DNA from: an uncultured Verrucomicrobiae bacterium
GTDB lineage: Bacteria > Verrucomicrobiota > Verrucomicrobiia > Limisphaerales > JAFGQR01
DNA: 64,000 bases
NCBI GenBank assembly: GCA_963788655.1
Contig: CAWBHS010000088.1
Coordinates: forward strand, 1 to 64,000
Direction: 5' to 3'
Shown: positions 1 through 8,875 of the stretch, piece by piece
How positions within the stretch are numbered: position 1 is the first letter of the stretch
Layout of the letters: each line of letters opens with the position of its first letter
The notes under the pieces: generated by a model
Told to the model about the DNA's origin: nothing
Seen by the model: only the letters and a program-made list of their open reading frames with translations
Databases searched by the model: none
Made by a program: the position numbers and the translations under genes

Positions 1-51
1 AAAGGATAGCGACGCACTTCCGCGTTCGAGATCTGGTAGCGGACGAATTCC

Positions 52-643
52 TCAACGTCGAAAGACATAGTTGCCAACCCCCTTGAAGGACCGTCGGTCG
101 GCTGTGCCTCGTCGGCCTGCTCCTGCGAATAGTCGAAGCCGGGCTCGAGCATCACGTCGATGATCGCCCAGTGCTCCTCGAGAGTGGTATTGATCTCGAT
201 CAGCACCGACTGCACTCGCTTGTCCTTCAGCGTTCCTCGGCCCCGCTGATAATCTTCGGCTCGATGCCGTCGACGTCGATCTTGAGGTGGTCGGGGGGCT
301 GCACCGCCCCCACGCCGATCAGGCGTCGACCGACGCGCCGAAGCTTCCCTGTCGGAACGTCGCCTCCCGCGGCCGGCCGTCGGCGCGGCCGCTCGCCGAA
401 GGTGTGACACGATCCGCCGGGATGAAGTCGCTCAGGTACAGGGCGTCGAAGCGGTCCCGTCCGACAGCGCCACGCAATAGGCGGTGACCTATTCTGCAGC
501 CCGTTGCGATGAATGTTCTGATTCAGGATCGCGTAATTCTGCGATTCGGGCTCGAAGGCATACACCTTGACGCCGCGGAAGCGGGCCGCGCAGAGCGAGT
601 ACATTCCGACGTTGGCGCCGACATCGACCAGCGTCTGTCCCGC
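52..643 (-). pseudogene. FkbM-family methyltransferase, 5'-truncated and frameshifted
   Basis: Motifs [32 protein letters not shown] and SVLIEIN are spread over several frames; stop at 52-54. Confidence 0.8.
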
Positions 644-835
644 CGAGATGCAGAAGCCCGTGACCGTGCACATCCGGCGGCACAGCTTCGCCACGCATTT
701 CTGGCTCGAGGCCGGAACGGACCTGCGGGCGATCCAGACGCTGCTCGGCCCACGGGAAGCGCACGGACCACCCAGCGCTACACCCACGTGTCCACGCTTC
801 GGCTGCGCCGCATTCCTAAGCCCCCTGGACCTGCC
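644..835 (+). pseudogene. C-terminal fragment of a tyrosine recombinase/integrase
   Basis: [32 protein letters not shown] matches the H-x-L-R-H-S-F-A-T...LLGH box, with indels. Confidence 0.8.
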
Positions 836-849
836 GGTGGACGCGACCG

Positions 850-1900
850 TCCGCGGCGGGCAGCGACCCGCTCCGCGACACGAGGTCCGCGGAGGTCCTC
901 AGGCGGGGCGGAGGTGTCCGGTGGGCGTACGCCCCCGGAGCCCCGATCAGCAGCGCGTCGTCCAGCGTCTGCTTGCTCGCCGGCAGGACCGCCGCACTGG
1001 GCGGCCATGTTGACGCGTGTGAGACGTGCGGGCACCGGGTCATTCGAAGAATTCGTGCCGGGACCGCCACTGCCCGAAATGCCAGGCTTCGGCCACGGCA
1101 GACTGGCTCGAGCGGCAGCGGACCACGCTTCTGCCGGTCCCCTATACGCACGTGGTTTTCACCCTGCCTCATACGCTCGCGCCGCTCGCGCTCCAGAATC
1201 CGCGCGCGCTCTATGGCCTGCTGTTCCGGGCGGCCGCCGAGACGCTCCTCGAAGTGGCGGCGGATCCGCGCCATCTCGGCGCCCGCCCGGCTTGCTCGCC
1301 ATCCTGCACACCTGGGAAGACGCCGCTGCACCATCCCCACGCGCACCGTCTCGTACCGGCCGGCGGACTCGCCACCGACCGCTCGCGCTGGGTCGACTGT
1401 CGGCGCGGATTCTTCCTGCCCGTCCGCGTGCTCAGTCGGGTCTTCCGCGGCAAATGGCTCGCCCTCGCCCGGACCGCCTACGACGAGGGACGGCTGCACT
1501 TCCACGGCAAGCTCGCGCCCCTCCACAATCCGCATGCGTTTCGCCGTCTCCTGGCCGAATCCCGACGCCACGATTGGACCGTCTACGCCAAACCGCCCTT
1601 CGGCGGGCCCAGCAGGCGCTCAAGTACCTGGCGCGATATACCCACCGCATCGCCATTTCCAACCCCCCCCCCGCCTCCTCGCCGTTGACCCGTCGTCCGT
1701 CATGTTCTCCTCGTAAGGACTACGCCCATGACCACCGCCTGCGCATGCTGCAGCTCCCCACCGACGAATTCGCCCGCCCGACGCTCCCCTGCCGCCGTCC
1801 ACCGCGCCCCGCTGCGGCACCGCTTCGTCCGGAGCGCGCCGCGCTCGCAGCGGCTTGTGCTTCAACCGATTGTTTCCGAACTCTCTACCGGTTCGGCACA
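850..1900 (+). mobile_element. IS91-like (Y2) transposase with N-terminal zinc-binding domain, heavily frameshifted
   Basis: [46 protein letters not shown] (HUH), FFLPVRVLSRVFRGK and LKYLARYTHRIAISN. It lies directly downstream of the integrase fragment. End is approximate. Confidence 0.85.
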
Positions 1901-2110
1901 ACCTCGGCCCTTGCGTCGAGTTCGGAAACAAACCTTTTCGTTATCTGAAACTGATGGCCGCAGATTGCAATCACGTGCAGGTGGGCTGATGAATGGCGTG
2001 TGATTCCTCAGCCGGCCTTCCGGCGCAGTTCTCCACGTACCACTCCACGCAGGGTCTCTTCCAAAGGTTCGACCCCGAGCCGGAGATGTGTCCCGGAGCG
2101 AGCATCGCAA

Positions 2111-2161
2111 CAATACGTAACTGAACGAATAGGAATCAAAAAAAAAAAGTTACGTATTGCT
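2111..2161. other. Back-to-back Oxford Nanopore ligation adapter remnants (chimeric junction, artefact)
   Basis: CAATACGTAACTGAACGAA is the reverse complement of the adapter core TTCGTTCAGTTACGTATTG. It is followed by poly-A and then forward GTTACGTATTGCT. Confidence 0.93.
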
Positions 2162-2162
2162 G

Positions 2163-2312
2163 GCCACTGAAGCGGTTATCAGCGCGCCCGAATCCAAAGT
2201 CAAAATCATGGTCATCCCGACGAACGAAGAACTGGTCGTGGCCCGCGAAGTCAAACGCCTTTTAGGCAGCGGCAAGTTAAACACGAATAAACCCGAAGAA
2301 AGACGATTTTAA
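2163..2312 (+). CDS. ackA: Acetate kinase, C-terminal 49 aa only (cut by the junction)
   Basis: ISAPESKVKIMVIPTNEELVVAREV contains the conserved IPTNEE motif. Confidence 0.9.
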   Translation, partial: ATEAVISAPESKVKIMVIPTNEELVVAREVKRLLGSGKLNTNKPEERRF

Positions 2313-2340
2313 TTCTCAACACTCAACCATCAACTTACTT

Positions 2341-2625
2341 ATGGCTCATCAAGCAATTGGAATGATCGAAACGCGCGGACTCGTCGCCCTGGTCGAGGGC
2401 ACCGACGCCATGCTCAAGGCGGCAAACGTGGAACTCGCCGGACCGATGACCCAGGTCGGCAACGCCCTCGTCACCGCCGTCGTCGTCGGCGACGTGGCCG
2501 CGGTCAAGGCCGCCACCGATGCCGGCGCCCAGGCCATCAAGGCGATCAAAGGCGAACTCGTCAGCGTGCACGTCATCGCCCGACCGCACTCGGACGTGGA
2601 AGCGGTGCTGCCGAAGAAAAAGTGA
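2341..2625 (+). CDS. BMC-H hexameric microcompartment shell protein
   Basis: AIGMIETRGLVALVEGTDAMLKAANV...GDVAAVKAA...HVIARPH. Confidence 0.97.
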   Translation: MAHQAIGMIETRGLVALVEGTDAMLKAANVELAGPMTQVGNALVTAVVVGDVAAVKAATDAGAQAIKAIKGELVSVHVIARPHSDVEAVLPKKK

Positions 2626-2708
2626 CTCGTGAGCGTGGTGCGTGAATACATGATGTGTCGGCGAACGCCCGCTCGATTCCGAACATGGCGTAACCCTTCT
2701 CATCCCAT

Positions 2709-2750
2709 GCATCGGGCATCAGGAATCCGGTATCCGGCATCCAGCATCCA
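2709..2750 (+). repeat. Six imperfect GCATCCG heptamer units
   Basis: gcatcgg gcatcag gaatccg gtatccg gcatcca gcatcca. Confidence 0.85.
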
Positions 2751-2765
2751 TTTCCTCCTCCGCCT

Positions 2766-3085
2766 ATGTTCCTCGCCAAAGTCGAAGGCGTCGGTAGTCG
2801 CCACCAAGAAAGACGCCAACATGAGGGGGCGCAAGCTGCTGTTGCTGCGCCCGCATGCTGGTGGACGACAAAGACCCGACGAAGTTCGAACGCGGCGTGA
2901 ACACCATCGTGGCCGTGGACAGCGTGGGCGCCGGCGAGGGCGAGATGGTGATGTTCTGCCAGGGCAGTTCCGCCCGGTTGGCGCCCAATCTCAAGGATGC
3001 TCCCGTGGACGCCGTCATCATCGGCATCGTCGATACCGTCGATGTGCTGGGGAAACAAATCTACAACGCCAAGACCGGTGATTGA
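2766..3085 (+). CDS. BMC-P (EutN/CcmL) pentamer shell protein 1, two apparent indels
   Basis: MFLAKVEG / SVVATKK..MRGRKLLLLRP / VAVDSVGAGEGE.V...QGSSAR...PVDAVIIGIVD. Confidence 0.92.
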
Positions 3086-3120
3086 TTCTGGCTTGGCTGT
3101 CACCACTTTTAAAAGCCTTT

Positions 3121-4641
3121 ATGAACTCCTCAATCAATGAAACCTTAATTCGCGATGTCATTCAGGACGTGCTGGCCGTCTTGGCGGCGCCACTTCTCCG
3201 GCTACCAAGCCGGCAGCGGCACCGTCCCCGGCTCGGACCCCGGCGGTCAATCCGGTGTGCGGCTGTCCGATTCGACGGTCGGTCCGTCTCAACGCGAACT
3301 GCCACCCGCCGCAAATTCGGCGTGTTTCAGGATGCCGGGGAAGCCTGCGAAGCCGCCCAGGAAGCCTTTCGGCAATTATCGGAAAAAGGTGTGGCCGGTC
3401 GCAAGCAAGTGGTTCAGATCGTCAAAGACCTTGGCTATTCGAACGCCCAGGAATGGGGCCGAATCGAACTCGAAGAAACCAAGATCGGCCGGCTGGATCA
3501 TAAGATCGAAAAGCTCCTCGGCCAGCGCGACATTCCGGGCGTCGAATTCTTGCACCCGTTCGGCATGAGCGGGGATCACGGCATCACGATGGAGGAATAC
3601 ACGCCGTTCGGTGTCATCGGCGCGGTCACGCCCTCCACGCATTCCATTCCCACGATGGCGGCAACATCATCAGCATGGTTTCCGCCGGAAATGCGGTGGT
3701 GTTCAATGCGCACCCTGGCGCCTCCCAATGCGCGATCATGGCGGCGCGGATTTTCAACCAGGCCATTCATCGCGAACTGGGCATTGAAAACCTGGCCTGC
3801 ATCATCGATCCGCCGACGCTCGATTCCTTCAATGCCCTGAGCCAGAACGAGAACATTCGCCTGCTATGCGTTACCGGCGGTCCCGGAGTGGTGAAAGCCG
3901 CGATGGCAGCGGCAAACGCGCCATCTGCGCCGGGCCGGGCAATCCACCCGTGCTCGTGGACGGCACCGGTTGTCTCGACCGGGCGGCGGAATGCGTAGTG
4001 GCGGGCGGCGCTTACGACAACAACCTGCTCTGCATTGGGGAGAAGGAAGTGTTCGTGCTCGCACCCGTGTTCGACCAGTTCATGGCCGCACTCGAACGGC
4101 ATGGCGGGGCCCGGTTGAACTCAGCGCAGGTGGAGCGGTTGACCCAGGCGGCGTTTGTGTTTCCGCAAGGACAAGGCGCGGGTTGCCCGCACCCCGTGGT
4201 GAATCGCGACTTGGTGGGCAAAGATCCGGCAGTGCTGGCCCGTGCCGCCGGCGCGACGGTCCCGGCCGGAACCCAATTGCTATTTGCGGAAACCCAGCTG
4301 ACCACCTTTTTGTCGAAGAAGAGCAAATGATGCCGTTCGTGCCGATTGTGCGCGTCAAGAGCGTCGAGGAAGGCATCGCCGCCGCCAAGCAAGCGGAACA
4401 CAACTACAAGCACTCCGCGATGATCCACTCGCACGACGTTACGCACATGACCGACATGGCGCGGGCGTTGGACACGACCCTGTTCATCAAGAACGGTTCG
4501 TGCGTGGCCGGCTTGGGCAGTGGCGGCGAAGGTTACTCGAATTTCTCCATCGCCACCACGACGGGCGAGGGAATTGCCAATCCGCGCACCTTCTGCCGCG
4601 TGCGGCGGTGCGTGATGGTGGGGAACTTGAAAATATACTAG
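3121..4641 (+). CDS. Acylating aldehyde dehydrogenase (EutE/PduP-like) with N-terminal encapsulation peptide, several apparent indels
   Basis: INETLIRDVIQDVL (encapsulation-peptide-like), EETKIGRLDHKIEK, PFGVIGAVTP, VTGGPGVV, AGPGNPP, DNNLLCIGEKE, EQMMP and TTGEG, pieced from 4-5 frames. Confidence 0.92.
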
Positions 4642-4921
4642 ATGTTTTTAGCCCGCGTGGAAGGTAATGTAGTGGCGACCCGCAAACATCCCAGTTTGGA
4701 CGGGTGGCGGCTCATTGTCTGCCAGCCCATCAACAATGCCGGCGATCCGCAAGGCGCGCCCCAAGTGGCGATTGACCCCCACGGTGCGGGCATGCATCGA
4801 GCGCGTCATCATCTCGTCCGACGGCGCCGCCTCCCGCAAAACGGTCGGCAACGAGAAGAGTCCCGTCCGCTGGATGATCGTCGGCATCGTGGACGAAAAC
4901 GAACCCAACGTGCCGGTATGA
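4642..4921 (+). CDS. BMC-P pentamer shell protein 2, one apparent indel near 4798
   Basis: MFLARVEGNVVATRKHPSLDGWRL..C...VAIDPHGAG / VIISSDG...SPVRWMIVGIVD. Confidence 0.9.
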
Positions 4922-5220
4922 GACTCGGAACGGTCATTGGTCGGGTGACGCTCAGCCAGACGGTGCCCGCATTGGTAGGAGCGCGGTGGCTGATTGTCAG
5001 CCCGTTTACCCGAGCACACTTCCAGAGCGGCACCGAAACGCCCGCCGGTCTCAGCAAGGATTTTACGCCCGTTGTTTATGACAACATCGGCGGCGGTGTG
5101 GGCCAGACCATTGGTTACGTGGAAGGCCGCGAAGCTGCCCAACCGTTTGACACTCCTACGCCCGTGGACGCGTTCAACGCGGCCCTCGTGGACGAAATCT
5201 TTTACTCACCCTTATCATGA
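4918..5220 (+). CDS. BMC-P pentamer shell protein 3
   Basis: MRLGTVIGRVTLS...VVYDNIGGGVG..IGYVEGREAAQPF..PTPVDAFNAALVD; ATGA overlap with the previous gene. Confidence 0.9.
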   Translation: MRLGTVIGRVTLSQTVPALVGARWLIVSPFTRAHFQSGTETPAGLSKDFTPVVYDNIGGGVGQTIGYVEGREAAQPFDTPTPVDAFNAALVDEIFYSPLS

Positions 5221-6284
5221 AACAAGTCATCAGCGCCCGAGACATTGAGGAACTTCTCCGCCAAGGCGGCGACCCGAATTCACTTCCCACCGAAGCGATC
5301 CTGACGCCGTCCGCGCGGGATCTGCTGCGCGATCTCGAATTCAAAAACGGCTTTGGCAATGGAAAAGTCGCTTCAACTCCTTCCCCCGCAGCGAAGCCGA
5401 ACCAGCCCGCCGCCGCCCCCCGAGTGGTGACTTCCAAGAGTTCGAAATCGGATTTGGAAGCGTTCTATAATTCGTCACCCATCCAGACGTTCAAAGAGCA
5501 GATGTGCGAAATCGGCCGCCGGCTTTGGCAGCGATCGTACGTGGACGGTAATGGCGGCAACATCGCCATTCGGGTGGGCGAGGACGTCGTGCTCTGCACC
5601 CCCACCTTGGTTTCGAAAGGATTCATGAAGCCGGAGGACATGTGCTTGGTGGACTTGGAGGGCAACCAATTGATCGGTGCCAAGAAGCGCACCAGCGAAA
5701 TCCTGATGCACCTCCAAATGATGAAGCGCCAACCTCAGGATGTCGCGTCGGTACATTGTCATCCGCCGTATGCCACGGCGTTCGCGGTGGCGGGCATTGC
5801 GCCGCCCACGTGCATGATCCCGGAATACGAAGTGTTCTGCGCCGTGGCCGTGGCGCCGTATCGCACGCCCGGCACGCCGGAAATGGGCAAGCTCGTCGCC
5901 GATCTGGTGGACAAGCACAACACCATTCTCATGGCCAATCACGGGGTGGTGACCTGGAGCCACAACCATGTGGAAGAAGCGTATTGGCGGATGGAAATCA
6001 TCGAAGCCTACTGCCGGACGCTGACCGTGGCCGCGCAATTGGGCCAGCCGATGAAGACCTTCAGCACGGAACAAATGAAGGACTTGCTGAACATCAAACA
6101 AGGTCTGGGCTTTGTCGATCCGCGCTTCGGTCTGAAGGAATGCGAACTGTGCGACAACGACGGTTGGCGTCCCGGTGTGACCTGCACGGTGCCGCCCCCG
6201 GAGTCCGCGGCAACGGGTTACGATGGCGATGCCGAACAGATCGTCCAGACCATCACGGAACAGATCATGGCCAAGGTGAAGTAG
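5217..6284 (+). CDS. Class II aldolase (fuculose/rhamnulose-1-phosphate aldolase-like), signature enzyme of PVM loci
   Basis: GNGGNI, TPT..SKG, SE..MH, HCH and NHG metal ligands; C-terminal amphipathic helix AEQIVQTITEQIMAK. Confidence 0.92.
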   Translation: MKQVISARDIEELLRQGGDPNSLPTEAILTPSARDLLRDLEFKNGFGNGKVASTPSPAAKPNQPAAAPRVVTSKSSKSDLEAFYNSSPIQTFKEQMCEIGRRLWQRSYVDGNGGNIAIRVGEDVVLCTPTLVSKGFMKPEDMCLVDLEGNQLIGAKKRTSEILMHLQMMKRQPQDVASVHCHPPYATAFAVAGIAPPTCMIPEYEVFCAVAVAPYRTPGTPEMGKLVADLVDKHNTILMANHGVVTWSHNHVEEAYWRMEIIEAYCRTLTVAAQLGQPMKTFSTEQMKDLLNIKQGLGFVDPRFGLKECELCDNDGWRPGVTCTVPPPESAATGYDGDAEQIVQTITEQIMAKVK

Positions 6285-6336
6285 AAGCCGTTCCAGGAAG
6301 CTTGTTTTCACTCAACCCCACCGCTAGATTTCGACC

Positions 6337-6591
6337 ATGAGCGTTACATTGGAAATCCCGGCTGAAATCGCGGCCAGTATGCGCGTGCCGCCCCAGGAAG
6401 TGGAAAAGCGCCTGCGGCTGGAGTTGGCAATCGCGCTTTACAGCCAGAAGCTGTTGTCATCTGGAAAAGCATGCGCGTTGGCCGGCATGACCCGCTGGCA
6501 GTGGGACGAATTATTGGGGGAACGCCAAGTGCCCCGGCATTACACCTCGACTGAACTTAACGAAGATCTTCATGGCAACGGCCGTCAGTGA
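6337..6591 (+). CDS. UPF0175-family HTH protein (putative antitoxin 1)
   Basis: LRLELAIALYSQKLLSSGKACALAGMTRW. Confidence 0.88.
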   Translation: MSVTLEIPAEIAASMRVPPQEVEKRLRLELAIALYSQKLLSSGKACALAGMTRWQWDELLGERQVPRHYTSTELNEDLHGNGRQ

Positions 6592-7069
6592 TTCATCAGT
6601 CTTGATTCATCTGGGACTCATTGGCCATTTGAGCTGGTTGCCGGCCTTCTTCCAGGAAGTTCTCGTGCCGCCGGCGGTTTGGACGGAGGTTGTTGAGCAG
6701 GGACGATCCGCAGAGGTGGTCCGAGCTATTCAACAAGCGGCAACCGATGGATGGTTGAAGGTTGTTGAACCATCGAATGCCGCGCTGTTGCGTACTTTGG
6801 GGCAAGAGCTTCATCTCGGCGAAGCGGCGGCCATCTGTCTGGCGGTGGAACAGGAGCCAGACGTCCTCTTGATGGACGAAGCCGATGGCCGCGAAATCGC
6901 TGGCCGACTCGAACTCAACACCAGAGGCATCGTTGGACTACTCTTGCATGCCAAGCGTGCGGGGCATTTGCAGGCGGTCAAGCCGGTTATTGAGGAGTTG
7001 GTTCAAAGTCGGTTCCACCTTTCCTCTGCTTTCATTGCCCAAATTCTCGCAGCCGCCAATGAAGCTTAA
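6572..7069 (+). CDS. DUF3368 PIN-domain protein (putative toxin 1)
   Basis: VSDSSVLI, VPPAVWTEV, LHLGEAAAI, LLMDE..GR and GIVGLL. Confidence 0.88.
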   Translation: MATAVSDSSVLIHLGLIGHLSWLPAFFQEVLVPPAVWTEVVEQGRSAEVVRAIQQAATDGWLKVVEPSNAALLRTLGQELHLGEAAAICLAVEQEPDVLLMDEADGREIAGRLELNTRGIVGLLLHAKRAGHLQAVKPVIEELVQSRFHLSSAFIAQILAAANEA

Positions 7070-7097
7070 CAATCGTGACAATCGCTTCTGATCAATC

Positions 7098-8030
7098 ATG
7101 AAGGTCACCATCCTTGGCGGTGGCGGACGAGTTGGCGCTTGCGCGGCGTTTGCGCTGCAAGGCGGGGGCATTGTCTCCGAGATTCAAATCCTCGATGCCA
7201 ACGAGGCGGCTGCTGACGGTGAAGCCCTCGACCTGCTGCATGGCACGGCTTTCGCGGCGGACCAGCGCATTTATTCGGGCGACTACGGTCGCGCCGCCGA
7301 CAGCGACCTGCTGCTTATCACCGCCGGACTGCGCCGCAAGCCCGATGAATCACGGCTCGATCTGATTAACCGCAACGTCGCGCTTTTTGTGCAGATCCTG
7401 GCCGACATCCAGTCAGCCGGGCTCCGCCGTGATGCCATGGTGCTGGTGGTGTCGAATCCCGTGGACATCCTCACGCACCTGGCGGTGGTGCAACTGGGAT
7501 TGCCTTGGCAACAGGTGTTGGGATTGGGAACCATGCTCGACACCGCGCGGTTCAGTTCGCTGATTGCCGACGAACTCAAGCTGGCGCCCACGCAAGTCAA
7601 GGCGTTGATCCTCGGCGAACACGGCGATTCGATGGTGCCCATCTGGTCAAGCGCTACGGTGAACGGTTTGCCGCTGACCGGTCTGCCGCAGTGCCGCACT
7701 GGATTTCAGAACGCCGTATTCGAGCGCACCAAAGGCAGCGGCGCCGAAGTCATCAAAAAGAAGGGCGGCGCCGGTTGGGCGGTGGCGATGGCCATTCGCG
7801 ATGTGATTCATGCCATTGCGCTAAACCAGCGACGATTGCTCCCCGTATCGACTCTGCAGCAGGGTGCTTATGGATTGCAGGACATCTGCCTGAGCGTGCC
7901 GACCGTTATTGGCCGCGCCGGAGCCTTGCAGCACGTCGAACTCAAGCTGTGGCCGAAGGAACTGACCGGTTTGCAGAATTCCGCCCGGACGCTGCAAGAG
8001 ACGTTGGGAAAGTTGGGGCGGCCGGGTTAG
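7098..8030 (+). CDS. Lactate/malate dehydrogenase family protein of the BMC locus
   Basis: GGGGRVG Rossmann motif, TAGLRRKPDESRLDL, VSNPVD, LDTARF, GEHGDS. Confidence 0.93.
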   Translation: MKVTILGGGGRVGACAAFALQGGGIVSEIQILDANEAAADGEALDLLHGTAFAADQRIYSGDYGRAADSDLLLITAGLRRKPDESRLDLINRNVALFVQILADIQSAGLRRDAMVLVVSNPVDILTHLAVVQLGLPWQQVLGLGTMLDTARFSSLIADELKLAPTQVKALILGEHGDSMVPIWSSATVNGLPLTGLPQCRTGFQNAVFERTKGSGAEVIKKKGGAGWAVAMAIRDVIHAIALNQRRLLPVSTLQQGAYGLQDICLSVPTVIGRAGALQHVELKLWPKELTGLQNSARTLQETLGKLGRPG

Positions 8031-8127
8031 AGAAAGGCCCAATTGAACTTGAAAAGAAATCCGAGACTCGACGAGCGCCGCAACGAAAGTTTTCCTCTCC
8101 GGCCCGATATGCTACGCTTCTTTTGGT

Positions 8128-8388
8128 ATGAGCACCGTGAACCTGGAGATTAAGGAAGAATTCGCCCGCAGCTTCGGCACGACGGACGAGGAAGTGGCCC
8201 GCAACGCGCGCATCGAACTGGCTATCCAGATGTATCGCGAGGGCAAATGGTCCACACGAAAAGCGGCCGAATTCATCGGCCTGAGTCGCTGGCACTTCAT
8301 GGATATTTTGAAGGCTCGCCAGATTCCATTCCCCTATACTCTGGAAATGGTAGAGCAGGATTGCGCTTATGCCCGCAGTCGTTTCTGA
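8128..8388 (+). CDS. UPF0175-family HTH protein (putative antitoxin 2)
   Basis: RIELAIQMYREGKWSTRKAAEFIGLSRWHF. Confidence 0.88.
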   Translation: MSTVNLEIKEEFARSFGTTDEEVARNARIELAIQMYREGKWSTRKAAEFIGLSRWHFMDILKARQIPFPYTLEMVEQDCAYARSRF

Positions 8389-8875
8389 CACGTCGCCTTT
8401 GATTTACCTGGCACGCCTCGGCCATTTCCAATGGTTGAAGGATTTTCATGGCGAAATCCTCATTCCACCAGCCGTGTGGAGCGAGATTACTGACGCGGGC
8501 GCCAAATGGCCTGAAGCAGCGAAAACCACGCAAGCTGCAGCCAGCGGTTGGTTGAGAGTCCAGGCGCCAACAACCATTCTTCCCGCCGCTTCGGTTGACG
8601 ATTTGGATCGTGGCGAAATGGAGGCGATTTCGCTCGCGAGCGAGCTGGGCTTGCTCCTGATCATTGACGAGCAAGCCGGACGACGGATTGCCGCAAGCAT
8701 CGGCCTCAAGATCACCGGCGTGCTGGGGCTGCTGTTTGAAGCCAAGGTGCGAGGCTTGATCCCCAGTTTGCGCCATGAACTGGATCGTCTGCGCGACGAA
8801 ACCACTTTCTTCCTTAGCGAGGCTGTGCGCACCGCAGTGTTGCGTCAAGCCGGCGAATTAGACACGCAACCATGA
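8369..8875 (+). CDS. DUF3368 PIN-domain protein (putative toxin 2)
   Basis: VSDTSPLI, IPPAVWSEI, LDRGEMEAI, LIIDE..GR and TGVLGLL. Confidence 0.88.
   Translation: MPAVVSDTSPLIYLARLGHFQWLKDFHGEILIPPAVWSEITDAGAKWPEAAKTTQAAASGWLRVQAPTTILPAASVDDLDRGEMEAISLASELGLLLIIDEQAGRRIAASIGLKITGVLGLLFEAKVRGLIPSLRHELDRLRDETTFFLSEAVRTAVLRQAGELDTQP

Noticed and set aside
1..2340. IS91-like element mobilising or disrupting the microcompartment locus
   Set aside because: The two parts are joined by Nanopore adapter sequence, so the adjacency is probably artefactual.
2766..4641. Pseudogenisation or programmed frameshifting of the BMC genes
   Set aside because: Indels are densest next to the read or contig end and no nonsense codons accompany them, which is consistent with low-coverage long-read error.
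4642..5220. 192-aa tandem BMC-P fusion in the ORF track
   Set aside because: The middle of the ORF is out of frame. One indel near 4798 restores two separate BMC-P genes with an ATGA overlap at 4918-4921.
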